In this document: piece after piece, positions 1-13,599 of the stretch | Layout of the letters: each line of letters starts with the position of its first letter | Position numbering within the stretch: the first letter of the stretch is position 1 | Origin: Octopus sinensis | Lineage: Eukaryota | NCBI RefSeq assembly: GCF_006345805.1 | Contig: NC_042999.1 | Span: 81,530,001-81,594,000 of the forward strand | Length of the DNA: 64,000 nucleotides | Direction: 5' to 3' | Notes under the pieces: model-generated | The model's input: only the letters and a program-made list of their open reading frames with translations | Databases searched by the model: none | What the model was told of the DNA's origin: nothing | Position numbers and translations under genes: made by a program

Positions 1-1167
1 GCTTTTGACTCGCTTCAGTAAAAATCATAATTGCATTTCCAGGTCTTGTTCTTTTGTATTCACTAACGGATAGTTGTACGGATGCGATCAACTTTTTTTG
101 ATAATGATAAGTAAACATGACTTTTCTACAAAAAATATGAATATATATACATATATTTATTTACGTTTTATTTACATTTTAAGATTTTGTGGGTCTCCCC
201 GTCTATATATTTGAATATGAGCTCCAGCATGATCCGCACCCGAGGGAAACTAGTTAAAGAATAAAACAGTAAAATGGGATTCCTCTGATTATACCCGAAA
301 CCTATTTTCGCTAATTTATCTGTGCATATTGATACGGAACCTACAGTGTATGGTGACTTATTTTTAAGGGAATTATAGTAGAGCGTCTTAGTCTGTAGTT
401 GGTCATCATTTCTTCTCTTATTCAATAAGCTACTAAATGTTTTATATACTATCCCTTTTACATAACATTTATTATATTTTAATATTCAATAAATTCGCTA
501 CCGCCGGTTTAGAACCACGTACAAACATACGCGCACACACATGCAAAATGTTTGTCATTACATTATTCTAGTAGGGTCGTTAGATATGATTCACAGCTTA
601 TTGCGATTATTAAAAGTTCCAGATATAAAGGATTGCTTGCATAGCATTGCTAGACATGCCAACAGACTGTCTTGTATTTATTAGTCATAACGCATCCTAC
701 ATTTCAAACCCATTATTTACGAGGTAATAACATGCAAGGCATTCCATTATGGGAAGCGATTTAAGCGTTATCAGACATAACAGCTTCCATGTACGAAGGA
801 CCTTTTGCGATGTATATTTGCCGTTAGAATATAAAACTAACGATAGCAAGAGCAAGTGTGAGTTTTTATTCATGGAGTAGATTATGATTTCTTTGTTCGA
901 TATTAGAAACAGAATCTAATAAGAAGTTCGTGTCGTTGACGCTGTAGTTTTATTTAATAAATCTGCCTAATATTCTAACTTAAGCGTATATTTGAAGATA
1001 GCGCAACCAAAATGGTAAGCTAGTTACGTAATATAACTCAAACGGATAACTGTAAATTCTGTAGCAAAAGTACGATTCAAATGTAGCTTTTATATAACTT
1101 CACTTAAATGTACGTTTCATAAATTGTCGGAGCAAATAGTGCACTTTCTGCATGGAAATAAACAAAT

Positions 1168-1546
1168 GAGCGTCTTTGAGTGGTTGTATGGTAAGTAGCT
1201 TGCTTACGAACCACATGGTTCCAGGTTCAGTTCCACTGCGTGGCACCTTGGGCAGCTGTCTTCTACTATAGATTCGGGCCGACCAAAGTCTTGTGAGTGG
1301 ATTTGGTAGACGGGAACTGAAAGAAGCCCGTCGTATATATGTATATGTATGTATATGTGTGTGTGTGTGTTTGTGTGTATGTGTTTGTCCCGCCAACATC
1401 GCTTCACAACTGATGCTGGTGTGTTTACGTCCCCGAAACTTAGTGGTTCGGCATAAGAGAACGATAGAATAAGTACTAGGCTTCCAAAAAATAAGTCTTG
1501 GAGACCATGTGCAAGACTAAAAGAAGTAAAAGAGTAAAAGAGTAAA
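1168..1546 (+). mobile_element. tRNA-derived SINE, family A (partly deleted near 3' end)
   Basis: Head GAGTGGTTGTATGGTAAG...GGTTCAGTTCCAC (A/B-box-like), CACCTTGGGCAG motif, internal (TA)/(GT) tract and (AGTAAAAG)n tail. Collinear with copies at 11384, 18403 and 29069. Confidence 0.85.
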
Positions 1547-3994
1547 TGCAAAAGTAGAACTTTTCTTCAATTGGAAATTTTATTTCATTTTCATCACCCT
1601 GTCCTTCGTCTGAACCTTCATTCTTTAACATTATCGGAAAATTTTGTAATCGCAAAATATGTCTTTTGAAAATCACATTATATAATGATCTTTTTAATAA
1701 CAGTCTCCCAGTGACTTTGAGTTACTAGTATTATGGTGATCTCACTGCATTAAGATCAAATGCAAGATATATAGGTGCAACTTCTGTCATGACAAATACA
1801 CAAAAAATCTTTCTCTATGCTCATCGTGAGATAAGAGTTGGGATTCGTAAGCTAATGCTCCGCTATTCATTAGGAAAAGCGTAGCAACTAAATAATATAT
1901 GGTTCGAACTTGACAGCAGGTACCATTTTTGCGTTATCAAGCGAAACCATATTGTGAAGCGATGTTTGTATTTTCTTTGTTTGGGGAAAATACTGCAAAA
2001 TAGCTTTACTACAACCATTTCCTACTTTACTTTTATTATTTCATTAAAAAAAAATCATTATATCCTTGAGAGTGCATGTTATGCATGAGATACACTCCAC
2101 TGAAATTATCTGTTATCCCAGCTTAAATGGGTTCATGTTATTACGCTACAATTCTCCATACATTATATATTTGAATTTTCTCTTTTTTTCTTATACGTAC
2201 ATTGCAAAATGAAATATTTATTGTAAATTGTACCAGTGAAATATATGCATTTAGAACTAATAAATTAAATTGTATGTAATAAATATGAAAAGCATATCTT
2301 CTATTTCTTCTTCTAATTTGAACTTATGTGAAATAATTTATTCCATTTTAATAATATTTTACTGACGATCAAGCCTTTGTAGCATTAGCTCATAGTGGAT
2401 TCAATCAAACCAACTAATTTAAAGGAGTATACTTTGGAATGCATTGTCAAAGAAGTCATGAACTGGAAATTACATTAAATACTCTAATGTTCTTAATATC
2501 ACCTTTAAAGTATCATCTATTAGGTACATCATTAATTATTTATATTACGCTTGACAGGGAACAAACACAATATTCCCAGGTTATTAATGAATTTCAAATT
2601 GATTAAATGCTTGTATGTTACTGAAATTATTTTATCAAAGCAGGAGAAATAGGAAATCAAGAATGACAGCGGACACAATATACATCATTTCCTAGGTAAA
2701 TATATGAGTGAATTGAAACCTGTGCGCAAGAGTCCTTGCATCTATTGTCATTAATTACTTTTAACAATGCACGCGTACAGAAATGTTTACGCCCAAAATA
2801 TATACCCACACACAATCCACACAAACGTATTCGTTTAAAATAAACATCATTCATCTTTAAGCAAACGGTGTGTTTATGATTTTACTTTAATTTAATAAAG
2901 GATAAAATATTGTAGAGGTGCTACAAAGTTCTTAATATGTTAATAATATAACATATAGAAGTAACCAGACTTCTTGAGAACATCTGACAAACAAATCTTG
3001 CGTGTGCCACCATTCACTTCTCTTGGATACTCGAGTCATGTCTACTGTATTCATGAACCATGCTGTTATATTCCTAGTTCCATCTTCTTCAGAATCATGG
3101 AAATCGCAACCATGACAGAAAATTCACTACAACCATGAAGTAAAATTATAGTCTGCGTAACTTTCCTAAATTTAAGATTCTCTTAGAAGATTGCTCATCT
3201 CATTTTCTGGAATTCGATTAAAACTCTTTAAAAGTTACATAGAAAATTTACTCCCACCGTTTTAATATCACCTAATTTTCTGTGACTGCTTGAGATGAGT
3301 TAGATTTCTTGCAAGTATTTAAATTGTGTAATTGTGTACGATGCAAGAAAGAATTAAGCTTACAGAATGCATTAACATACTCCATAAAACCACAGATGCA
3401 AGTACTTCCGGAAAAATAAATAATTCAGCGAGTAAGTAGCCTTTCTCTTCTCTAATATCTCTGGACTACGTTCCATACTTGGTCTCACATAACACTTGTT
3501 GTACGAAAGCCAAAGATCCTTTTCCTCTCTGACTTCCATATCATTCATTCTTTATATATAAGCTATCTTCGCACTGTAAACCACTTTCTGTTTTCAAATA
3601 TTCTCTGAAAATGTGTATATGTGTCTATATAGACGATATTCACTCCACTTTTCTCATAACTAGTTAAAAAAGATTTTCCGTGTCATTTTCCGTATAAAGT
3701 GATATCAAATTTAACTTCTTCCCAAAGTATAAATCTCCATTGTATTTCAAAAATTCTATATCAGATAGGTACAAAAAATGTTATTGAACTTTCAAAATTC
3801 TTACAAAGATGAATATGCTTTGCATCTTTAGATGGATGTACTATTTCAACGGCCTCGGAAGGATGATAGTAAAAGTTGAACTCAAGCGGATTAAGTCAAC
3901 ACAAAAAGGACCGGAAGAAATATTCAAACCCTTTGTCTGAAGTGCTTGATCTAAAGATAATATTGACGATGATCATGATCATGATGATCATGAT

Positions 3995-4100
3995 AAATTA
4001 TTTAAGGATGATCCCTGGCTTACCATCCATACAAGAAGTGCAAAAGATTGTCTTAACTAGTACATCAAACGTATAGAGAAGTGCATTGCCTCTGAGAATT
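3995..4100 (+). mobile_element. R4/Dong-type non-LTR retrotransposon, short C-terminal remnant
   Basis: Translates MIPGLPSIQEVQKIVLTSTSNV*RSAL, matching the conserved IPG.P...E.QK..L.G.AHILRK.L terminus seen at 48449-48649. Preceded by (GAT/CAT)n. Confidence 0.55.
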
Positions 4101-4294
4101 TCCTGTCCCCTTTTCCCTTTTATTTTCTTCGTTTACATTTTATAAATTATTTTTTATTTTTCTCTATCTTTCTTCCCGCCTTTCTCTATCACATGACTTT
4201 GTAAATATTCGATTTGGTGTGTTAATTTTTATTGCATACTAATGTATACAGTGCAAGAAACGGAAATGACAAGAAACAGAAATGGAGTTACAAG

Positions 4295-4401
<107 letters not shown>

Positions 4402-4441
4402 AAATATTACTAGTAATAATAATAAATAAAACTAATAATAT

Positions 4442-4961
4442 TGTACGCCACGAGCCCAGAAAGAATATAAGAGATATCATGACAATATAGCAAAGGATTG
4501 TCTATTGGACACTTTGCAACAAGTATGGACTTGATACAGCAAAAAGTGGTAAGAACATAAAACCTAAGGCATTCTCAAAAATGATAATGCAAAGATCCTA
4601 TGGGATTTTATGATTCCGTGCGACTATAAGATAGAGAATAGGACTGCAGACATAGTGTGAATTGAGAATGAAAACAGACTATGCTGGATCATAGACATAG
4701 CTGTGCACAGCTGACAACAAGGTATGTGTTAAGGAAGAAAGAAAAGTCGAGAGATATGACAGGTTAGCTTGGGAAGTTAAGCAGTTGTGGTCGATGCAAA
4801 ATGTAGCAGTAGTACCAATAATTGTCGGAGCCCTGGGAACAGTGAGCAAAAATCTTGGGAAATATGTGGAACAAATAGGGGCTGCAATAAGGGTGGAGCA
4901 CTTGCAGAAAACTGTTCTGCTTGGAACCGCTCGAATACTGCGGAAGGTGCTCGAAAAATAA
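4442..4961 (+). mobile_element. R4/Dong-type LINE 3' fragment (restriction-like endonuclease domain), frameshifted
   Basis: Piecewise translation: AQKEYKRYHDNIA/RIVYWTLCNKYGLD...KILWDFMIPCDYKIENRTADIV..LCWIIDIAV..VVPIIVGALGTVSKNLGKYVEQIG..LQKTVLLGTARILRKVLEK*. This is the typical PD-(D/E)xK REL C-terminus. Confidence 0.85.
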
Positions 4962-5439
4962 GATATGTTACATGTATATATTTATCCATATATACAAGTC
5001 GTCGTCGACTTACGACCACAAGTGGTTCCGAGTCACTGGTCGTAAATCGGCAAATAGGATTACATAGCTTTGTTTTATATTTTTATATTATTAATGTACA
5101 CTCTCAGGTAAAAGTTACACGCAGCATTCTGTAATATACTATTATACTGGTGTTAGTGAAAACTTTCGGAATCTTAAGCTGTTGCTTATAAACATATACG
5201 AGTTTGTCTCGGTGTCTCTGCGTCTGGGTAGGGCATCCAACACAGTGATGACCGATAACGAAACCTAGGATAAGCGCTTGTTAGCCAACATCATCCGTAG
5301 ACTTGTTTATTTCAAAGAAATTGAACCCATCAGATTTCAACTATACTATGTATTATTGCTGCCGGGAACTGGCGCGCCAATCATCGTAATATCGATCGGA
5401 CATATGTCGGATAGGTCGTACGTCTGCGACGAGCTATTT

Positions 5440-5477
5440 CTGTGCGTGTGTGTGTGTGTGTTCGTGTGTGTATGTGT

Positions 5478-5533
<56 letters not shown>
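5440..5533. repeat. (GT)n microsatellite
   Basis: Directly visible. Confidence 0.95.
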
Positions 5534-5537
<4 letters not shown>

Positions 5538-5879
5538 TCCGAGGTTCAGGGTGTAGAAAGAAAGGTAGTTTGAAGCAAACCCTAGGAAATATTTAAAATA
5601 TCAACTTTCAAGTACAATAGTGTTTTATTGAGACGGGAAGTTGTGGATTTCCTTTTTTATTGAAGCATGATAAACTGAAAAAACTTCTTTTTATATTTCA
5701 CGGTAGCTAATCAGGGTTGCCGGATATGCGAATAAGAATACAAGAGTTGAGGAATGAAGAAGATACTTTCTGGGCTATATATTTTTCATAGTGAGCGGAA
5801 CCTAGGAAGTGGTAAATATCCAAGCGAGGTGCATACTGAAAGCTATACTTCAGGCCAAGGATTACAGGAAAGTTTCTGC

Positions 5880-5913
5880 CTATCTGTCTGTCTACATATC
5901 TATCTATCTATTA

Positions 5914-5981
<68 letters not shown>

Positions 5982-5982
5982 G

Positions 5983-6016
<34 letters not shown>

Positions 6017-6147
6017 ATTATGCATACAATACACACTCACAAACATGCGAGTGCACACACACAGTTACACACATACACACATACATACATACATATATAT
6101 ATGTATATATATATATATATATAATATATATATATATATAATATATA
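5880..6147. repeat. Compound (CTAT)n/(TA)n/(GT)n/(CA)n microsatellite
   Basis: Directly visible; abuts the 3' end of the Tx1-like LINE. Confidence 0.9.
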
Positions 6148-7037
6148 AGTTTCTTTATTGACCACACAGGGCTGCACACAGATGGGACAAATTACAAGGT
6201 AGAAGCTTTTCTTTTGGGAGATGAAAAAAAGAAAGTGGCGTAGGTTTTCGATCAAAAGGGATCGTAAAAGGGAAAAAAGAAAAAAAAGAAAAGAAGGAAA
6301 AGAAACAAAAGAAAAGAAAAAGAAGAAAAAGAGGAAAAAAGGGGAAGAGGAAAAAAAACGATAAATAGGCATCGTGTCTCACAGTGTCATGATGTACGGT
6401 GTAAAGAGGGAAGCAGATAAGTTTAATCCGTGGGAAGAAAAGCCTACGAAAAAGACCACGGTAACCTCGGTCAATATTGTTATATGTTACCACATTTGTT
6501 TGCAAGTGGGAAACCCTCTGTTTTCAATTTCTGGGTTCATAGGATTATGCTCAAAGTGGCTTCGTCATTCATACGTGCCATCCTTGCTACATTCACCCAT
6601 CGTTTTTTAAAACATTTGCTAGACAAAACTTGCCTCTCTACTCTCACTTTCGTTTTCAAGTGGTACTTGAAGAAGTTGATGAGAGATTGACCAGAGAGGA
6701 AAGTGTTTGTCTCCAATCCTTTCAGACGCGTCCGCCAGATTCATTCTTTCGCCATAGCCACAAGGATGATGAAAATAGCTCTTCCTTCCCGTTTGAAGGA
6801 AGGAGGCGTGGCAATATTGACGATAGACTCAGCTGATAAACCGACTCGTCCCACACGTGACAGCAGTTGTTCGACATAAGCCCACATGTCGGAAATTGTT
6901 GGACACTGCACGAGCGCGTGCAGAACGGTTTCGTCGCTCTGACCGCATCTCGGGCAGGTCGGCCCCGTGTTTCTCGAGCCGTGTCTGTAGCGCTTATCCC
7001 GAACGGGTAGCGCTTCTCGGTAGCACTGCCAGGCCAA
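6148..7037 (-). mobile_element. Tx1/L1-clade LINE, 5'-truncated: ORF2 C-terminal zinc-binding region plus 3' UTR
   Basis: AWQCYREALPVRDKRYRHG..TCPRCGQSDETVLHALVQCP..WAYVEQLL has the C-terminal CX2C..H...C motif of L1/Tx1 ORF2. The frame continues past a stop to ~6540, then a T-rich UTR ending AATAAAGAAA next to (TA)n. Confidence 0.8.
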
Positions 7038-7835
7038 TAGACAGACAGACAGACATTCGGTATCGTCAGGTAAATTTTAAACGTATAAACAGGTGAATTA
7101 GAAATAGTATATGACTAACTGTCCTCTTTCATACCTCTGGAGTACGATTGAAACTATGTTCCACGTAACACCCATTACTAGTACGAAACCGAAACATCCT
7201 ATTAATCTAATCTCTGACTTGTTGCACCATCGATAATGATAACCTACACGGATCTCTAACACACTTACTAGCAGTGTTACCTGTAACTTTACACCCAAGA
7301 TATATATTTAATTTCATACACGGCCATTTTCCAATTATTATAAATTTTCTTCATTTTGTATTAGAACATGTCTGTTAGCTTGTAAAGATAGAGTTCGGAG
7401 ACCTGCATTCAAAAGTTCCAACTTTCACAGCTTCTTCTCCTGTAAGTTTGATCGATTTTGTTTATGTGTAGTTTCTTATATACAGGTCGAGATTTAATAA
7501 AGTTTACTGCCAAATCTTTTAGTGAGTGTTATGCTGCTTCGTCAGCAGTCAGGTGTTGTGTTGTTTTGTTGTATTGTGATTAAATCTATGTAGGTTTTAC
7601 CGCCTAAATAATTTTGAAATTATGATACCATGTCAACAGCCACGTGTTGTGCTTTTCATGAGTATTTTTTTTTTTGCACTTTGCTGCAAAATGAGTATGG
7701 CATCGGTAATTAATCTTCTAGCTTTGTGAGGAATATTATATAGTATTTAATTATTATCCACTTGCATTATTTTCTAACGTTGTTTTGTGTTCTCCTGTAA
7801 AGTGGGTTCCTCCTCGCTATATGTACGAACGTCTT

Positions 7836-7836
<1 letters not shown>

Positions 7837-7868
<32 letters not shown>

Positions 7869-7912
7869 GTATATCTATCTATCTATCTATCTTCTATCTA
7901 TCTATCTATCTA

Positions 7913-7953
<41 letters not shown>

Positions 7954-7975
7954 GATATATATTACATATATATAT
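7837..7975. repeat. Compound (CT)n/(CTAT)n/(TA)n microsatellite
   Basis: Directly visible. Confidence 0.9.
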
Positions 7976-8764
7976 TTGTGTGTGAGCATGTTTATATATA
8001 CACAACAACACAAACATTTCACATTTCAGATGTAGTTTAACAGCCGTAATTTTTCATTACTTCATTTACTATTGATATAATATCTTTTATAATTATTATT
8101 ATCAATGCATTTGGTTGTTGACAGGAGAAATCAAGGCAATGATTAATTTGTTATCGCTTTCACACAGTGGAAATCAGTGAATGCTGGAAACTAATTTCAT
8201 ACAAATAATTTCATTTGTTGTGTAAGATTTTTCATTAAAGTTGTGACTCTAATTAAAGAATCCCTATTTCTCCCTAATATAACCAAACAAAGAGCACCAT
8301 ATATTCTAAAGTAAATAGAGAAATGCAATATGAAAAATGGAACAATTGATTTTTCGTGTTAATCTTACTGTGTTCTTACTAACAATTAACCTCTTGCTCA
8401 TCGACTACTTTACACCATCTTTAAATCATTATCTTTACGTTCACTATCCAACATTATTGTAGTTCTTTTGCATCGTATTACACTGGTGGAACCTCTTCAA
8501 GAAGACCATTAGCGTCGCTCATCGCTGCCACCTACGGCATCTCATAGAACCCTTTACCTAGATCGTCTTGTTACACCTACTGGGTTTTATATGGTCATTT
8601 ACAATAGTTCTTTTTATCATCACCATTATTATCACCAATATCATAATGATGATGTTCTAAAAGAAACAAAGTAATTTAATTAATAGGAATGTACGGAGAA
8701 CACTTATTCGGGTTGTCGCTTACACACCTGACAAGATTTAATAATGGAACATATATTTTAGTGT

Positions 8765-9264
8765 GACCTCCTTCGATCATGAATGACCATGGAATTGCAC
8801 CTAGAAAGTTACCCTCCGAGGAACAAGTCTTGGCAAGGTTGTTTATGGAAGACCAGCAGTCGCCCATCCATACCAGCCTCCTCTCTCCATACCACCGATG
8901 CTATCCAAGGGAAAGGCAAAGGCCGATACATTGGTATCATTGACGTCGCAGCTCATTTATTAACGTGCAAGAGGCTGAGCATTCCACAGACGCGTGTACC
9001 CTTAACGTAGTTCTCGAGGAGATTCAGCGTGACACAGAGTGTGACAAGACTGGCCCTTTGAAATACAGGTACAACAGAAACGGGAAAAAAGCGTGAGAGA
9101 AAGTTGTGGTGAAAGAGTACAGCAGTGTTCACCACCACCTCCTGCCGGAGCCTCGTGGAGCTTTAGGTGTTTTCGCTCAATAAACACTCACAATGCCCGG
9201 TCTGGGAATCGAAACCGCGATCCTACGACCGTGAGTCCGCTGCCCTAACCACTGGGCCATTGCG
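8765..9264 (-). mobile_element. tRNA-derived SINE, family C, near full length
   Basis: Minus strand begins CGCAATGGCCCAGTGGTTAGGGCAGCGGACTCACGGTCGTAGGATCGCGGTTTCGATTCCCAGACCG (clear A and B boxes). The body shares the CCCTTAACGTAGTTCTC...GGCCCTTTG block with 35325-35643. Confidence 0.8.
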
Positions 9265-10079
9265 TTTTAAGACGCTTCGATATATAGAATATAAGCTGTC
9301 TAAGCCGTTTATCAGTTATAATTTTTTAATTGTAGTAATTAGGTCAAATCAAGACTTATCGATACTGGATAAGCACAAACAGATAACATTTTTTTCTCAT
9401 ATTTCACTGTGATTTTATTTGTGAAATGCACTATATCTTATATCAGTTGCATATAAAATGTTAAAAGAACTAGCCGTATCCAGACACCATTGCTAACAAA
9501 CCATTCACAGACCGTATTGTTGAATAAGATATATAGGTTGACGTTGCTGCATTTTTGGGGCACTAATTCAAAATATGTTAAAATTCTCCATATCTGCATT
9601 ATCATCCAAAGAAACCTGATATATTTGTTTTTCTTGTAAAGGGATTTGCGTCTTCCTGATAAGTTTTGTAAGTTTATATTTTTCACTTGATTTTTCACTT
9701 TGTACGTTCATATCCTTAGAATGAAATCGTTAAAAACAAATTTCTCCTTCTAATAGAGAAAAGCAGCAACATATCCAACTTCTTGCTTCATGTCTAGGAA
9801 ATACAGTAGTGACGGCGGAGAAATAAAACGGCTTAAACAAAGTAGTTGTTGTTCTAAATTAACAACATTTAAACATGCTTCGTTAGGGCAGGATACAAAA
9901 GGAATAAGAATGATGATGAGGATGATGATAACGACGACGACGATGAACATGATGATTTTTGTACTGATTCCCTCTGGATATATGGTGAAATGGAAGGAAC
10001 AAGTAACTACATTGTGACGAGGGTTAACGAAGAAGAACACAGTTTCAGTAATTATCGTGGTGGAAATTGCATTTACCAG

Positions 10080-10330
10080 AAGCGTGTCAGTATCCTAAAT
10101 TAGTAAGAGAAATAAGGTAGCATTGGCGAGAGCAATTAAAACATCTCAACGAATGGCAAATATACGATCATACGGATATATCCTTAATTAAGATCAGTTT
10201 GGTTAAAATGAACCGTACCGTTATTGTCGTGAAGGACTGCTCAGAAGCAAAACGCTGCTTGGTCGACCTATCAGTTCCTAAAGATTATAGCATATTTCTC
10301 ATAGAAAGATAGAAACGATCGAAACACTAG
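10080..10330 (+). mobile_element. Highly decayed R4/Dong-type REL remnant
   Basis: NRTVIVVKDCSEAKRCLVDLSVPKDYSI..ER*KRSKH*DL resembles RPDIVVKD..K.C.LID.SVP.D..I..KE.EK.SKY.DL. Confidence 0.45.
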
Positions 10331-11383
10331 ATCTGTAAGCAACAGAGAATTTCGTGTGTTTACATATGTACATATATACGTGTGTATGTGTGTGTGCTGG
10401 GGGGGGGGCGTGAGTATGTGCGTGTAAACGCGTATAATGGAAGATTCAATAATGCAAAGAGAATAGTTTGCTGAAGTGACTCGTGGATTCTTTTACTTTA
10501 TCCTAACGGGGATCCACTTAAACAAATTCCATAAGAATTTCGCTATATTTTCTACACATCGCACTATCCAATATAAAGGAAGAGCAGCAAGTTTTCTCCA
10601 TAATTGCTTCGCCACGTGGTGAAAGGACATATTCTCCACAAATCACTTTCAATCTGTATCACTATGCAACTATGGTAACGTGCCAGAAATGGGAAAGAAG
10701 ACAAAAGTGAATAATCATGCGAAATAAAACCAAGAGAAAAGGAGCAAGATTATCTGCAATTGAAGGTCTGCATCAGCAAACAAAGAAAGTCAAAAAAGAA
10801 AACAAAAGAACAAGAAATAACACGAGGGACAAGTTTTAGAAAATACTGTAATAATTTAATGCTTAAATAGGAAAGGAAACTGCAATTTTTCTGTGAAGCC
10901 TTTTGAAAACGTGTATTTTCAAACTGACTACATGTAGGTCTATACTAAGCATTATTACTGCCATGATTTATGAAAAGCATTATGTTAATATGAAAAGCCG
11001 GAATATTTATAGTTTCAAAATATTTAATAAGATATAACTACTACAATAAAATTTATTGCATGTATATCTCACACTGCGACACCTGCTACTTCATTGACCA
11101 GCAAATTCGGGAAAGAAATTACTCTTTAACGCTCTGTACTTGTAAGAGTAAGGAACGTATTAACACAGGTGTCTTATAACGTACTGGTTTAGACGTCACT
11201 CAGTTGACATAAAGCATATGTTTGTAAAGGAGATTTAACCACTTAGAAAAATCCAGCAATTCAAATGTTTCTCTGCCTACTCTATAGTAACCTTGGGTCT
11301 TGCTTCTGAAATAGCCAGGGTTACTAAGAAGATCTGTCAATATTTCAATAAATAAATGTATTCAAAGAAAACGATAACACATA

Positions 11384-11736
11384 GGCGTAGGAGTGGCTGT
11401 GCGGTAAGTAGCTTGCTTACCAACCACATGGTTCCGGGTTCAGTCCCACTGCGTGGCACCTTGGGCACGTGTTTCTACTAAAGCCTCATGTGTAGATTTG
11501 GTAGACGGAAACTGAAAGAAGCCCGTCGTATATATATATATATATAAATAAGTATATATATATATATATACATATGTATGTGTGTATATATTTGTATGTC
11601 TGTGTTCGTTCCCCCCAACATCGCTTGACAACCGATGCAGGTGTGTTTACATCCCCGTAACTTCGACTAAATGCGGTACTCCAGAATGGCTACAGTCAAA
11701 TGACTGAAACAAGTAAAAGAGTAAAGAGTAAGAGTA
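11384..11736 (+). mobile_element. tRNA-derived SINE, family A
   Basis: GGCGTAGGAGTGGCTGTGCGGTAAG...GGTTCAGTCCCAC head, internal TA tract, AGTAAAAGAGTA tail; internal deletions relative to other copies. Confidence 0.9.
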
Positions 11737-12829
11737 CATCACTGCAAGTTATCCGAGCATTAACTATTACCACACTGATGTTGTCTACAGCGGTGTATTC
11801 TGGTCCAACTTGCAACTTCTAATAAAACACGCAGCATATTTAATTTTGTAATTCGGTATCAGAAGCATATCAAGGGTAGAACTAATGTCCTGATCGTTAC
11901 CATCGTCTGGAATTTGAACACGATATTCATTTAGTTACAAATGCTGTACTATCGCTCTCTACGAGTTTTCTGAATGACAAAGAATCGAAACAGAATATAA
12001 CTGATACTACTTTACCTGTAGATTAGCACAAATTCTAGGTGGTGAATCTCGAGGTTTATTTAAGACATAAATCTACTGTATATTCCAAGAATTCATCTAA
12101 CTATCAAGAGCACTTATCATATATTTACCGTAATATCCAACAACCAGACAGGAGAGACTATAAAACAGACATGAATATCAGTTTACTTTTGTTACATATT
12201 CCATAACATGTACTTATATAAGAGTTATGTATTAATGTGTATTATAACAATGTGTTCGTTCGTAAATTGTTGACGTACACACACACATACACAACACACG
12301 CACTCACACAACCATGCGTGCATACCCACATTTATGAATGTGCATACATGTCTGTGTGTTTCTTTTAATATACGTATGTGTGTATGTATGTTTGTGTACA
12401 TGTGTGTAGTTGAACGTAAACGAAATACAATAGCTATACAGGAATAACAAGTTACGTATGTAGGTTCTATGGTTTTATTATCACTACATACTTCATAAAC
12501 TCTATTATAACACATTTATTTATATAGCTTGTTAAGTTGCATTGTTTTGTTATTTTTCTCCTCATATTTTCTTCCTTCTTCTTTGTTGCATACATTTTGT
12601 TGTTGGAGAATTCTTTTATCAGTTCTTCCATTTTTTTTCTGCATTCAATAGTTTATTGTTACTTCATCTCAAGAATGAAGACGCTAAAATACAAAAGAAA
12701 GTCCCAGTTTCTTGATTCTGCATTTATTATTTTTAAGCAGGTTTCAAAAAACACTCAGCAGAAAAAAAAATTAGACAACCTACACATACACTCACACACA
12801 CAAACCTAATACATTCTGTCTATGCATAT

Positions 12830-12858
12830 GTATTCATATATACATATTATACATATAC

Positions 12859-12889
<31 letters not shown>

Positions 12890-12963
12890 ATAATATATAT
12901 ATCTATATACGTATCTTCCTTTCTCCCTCTGTCTGTCTCTCTCTTTCTCTTTCTGCATACAGG

Positions 12964-13007
<44 letters not shown>

Positions 13008-13034
13008 AATATATATATATTATATATATATAAT

Positions 13035-13066
<32 letters not shown>

Positions 13067-13145
13067 CATATATATATACATATATACATATATACATATA
13101 TACGTGCATGCATACATACATACATATATACAAGTGTACACGTAT
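12830..13145. repeat. Compound (TA)n/(TACA)n microsatellite
   Basis: Directly visible. Confidence 0.9.
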
Positions 13146-13599
13146 ATAATTGTTATCGATACTGGCAAAACATTTTTTCTGTCTTTTCTATTTTCTTTTT
13201 CCTTATGTGTTACTGCAAGTATAGAAATTGACAATAGTGACGATAACTGACGAGTCTTGCAAAGGTTTCAGTTCGAAGGCAATACTTTTGTCCTTGTATT
13301 TCTGTTATTGTTGGTGAAGACATTAATGCTTGTATTAAACAAGTTTCTTAACTCAATGTGTGTTATTCAGTCGCGATAACGCCTGGCCTTATACGCATTT
13401 TGAGACATCGTAATTATTGATTTTGTTATCCTTGCCTGCCTCGAATTCGTTTATTTGACCTGAACGATAGGAAAAGAAAAATAATAATGGCCAGATGTAT
13501 ACAGCATCGTATCAAAGAAGATACAAATCTCTTTAAACACTCCTCTGCAGTAGTATTAAAGCTATTTCTTTCTGCAATTTTATACGAATTTCTAACGTA

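Noticed and set aside
1-100. Weak resemblance to the 3' end of the mariner MITE at 63122-63320
   Set aside because: Only AAAATCATAATT matches clearly, and the sequence is cut by the window edge.
168-425. 85-aa minus-strand ORF
   Set aside because: No recognisable motif or splice signals, and the length is expected by chance.
1728-1846. Open frame YYGDLTALRSN...EIRVGI ending at a GTAAG donor; similar candidate at 19459-19608
   Set aside because: The acceptors lack polypyrimidine tracts and the peptides are unrecognised.
9195-9264. tRNA-like sequence with A and B boxes (also the heads of SINE families A and B)
   Set aside because: Each continues into a SINE body and lacks a complete cloverleaf with acceptor stem, so none is called a tRNA gene.
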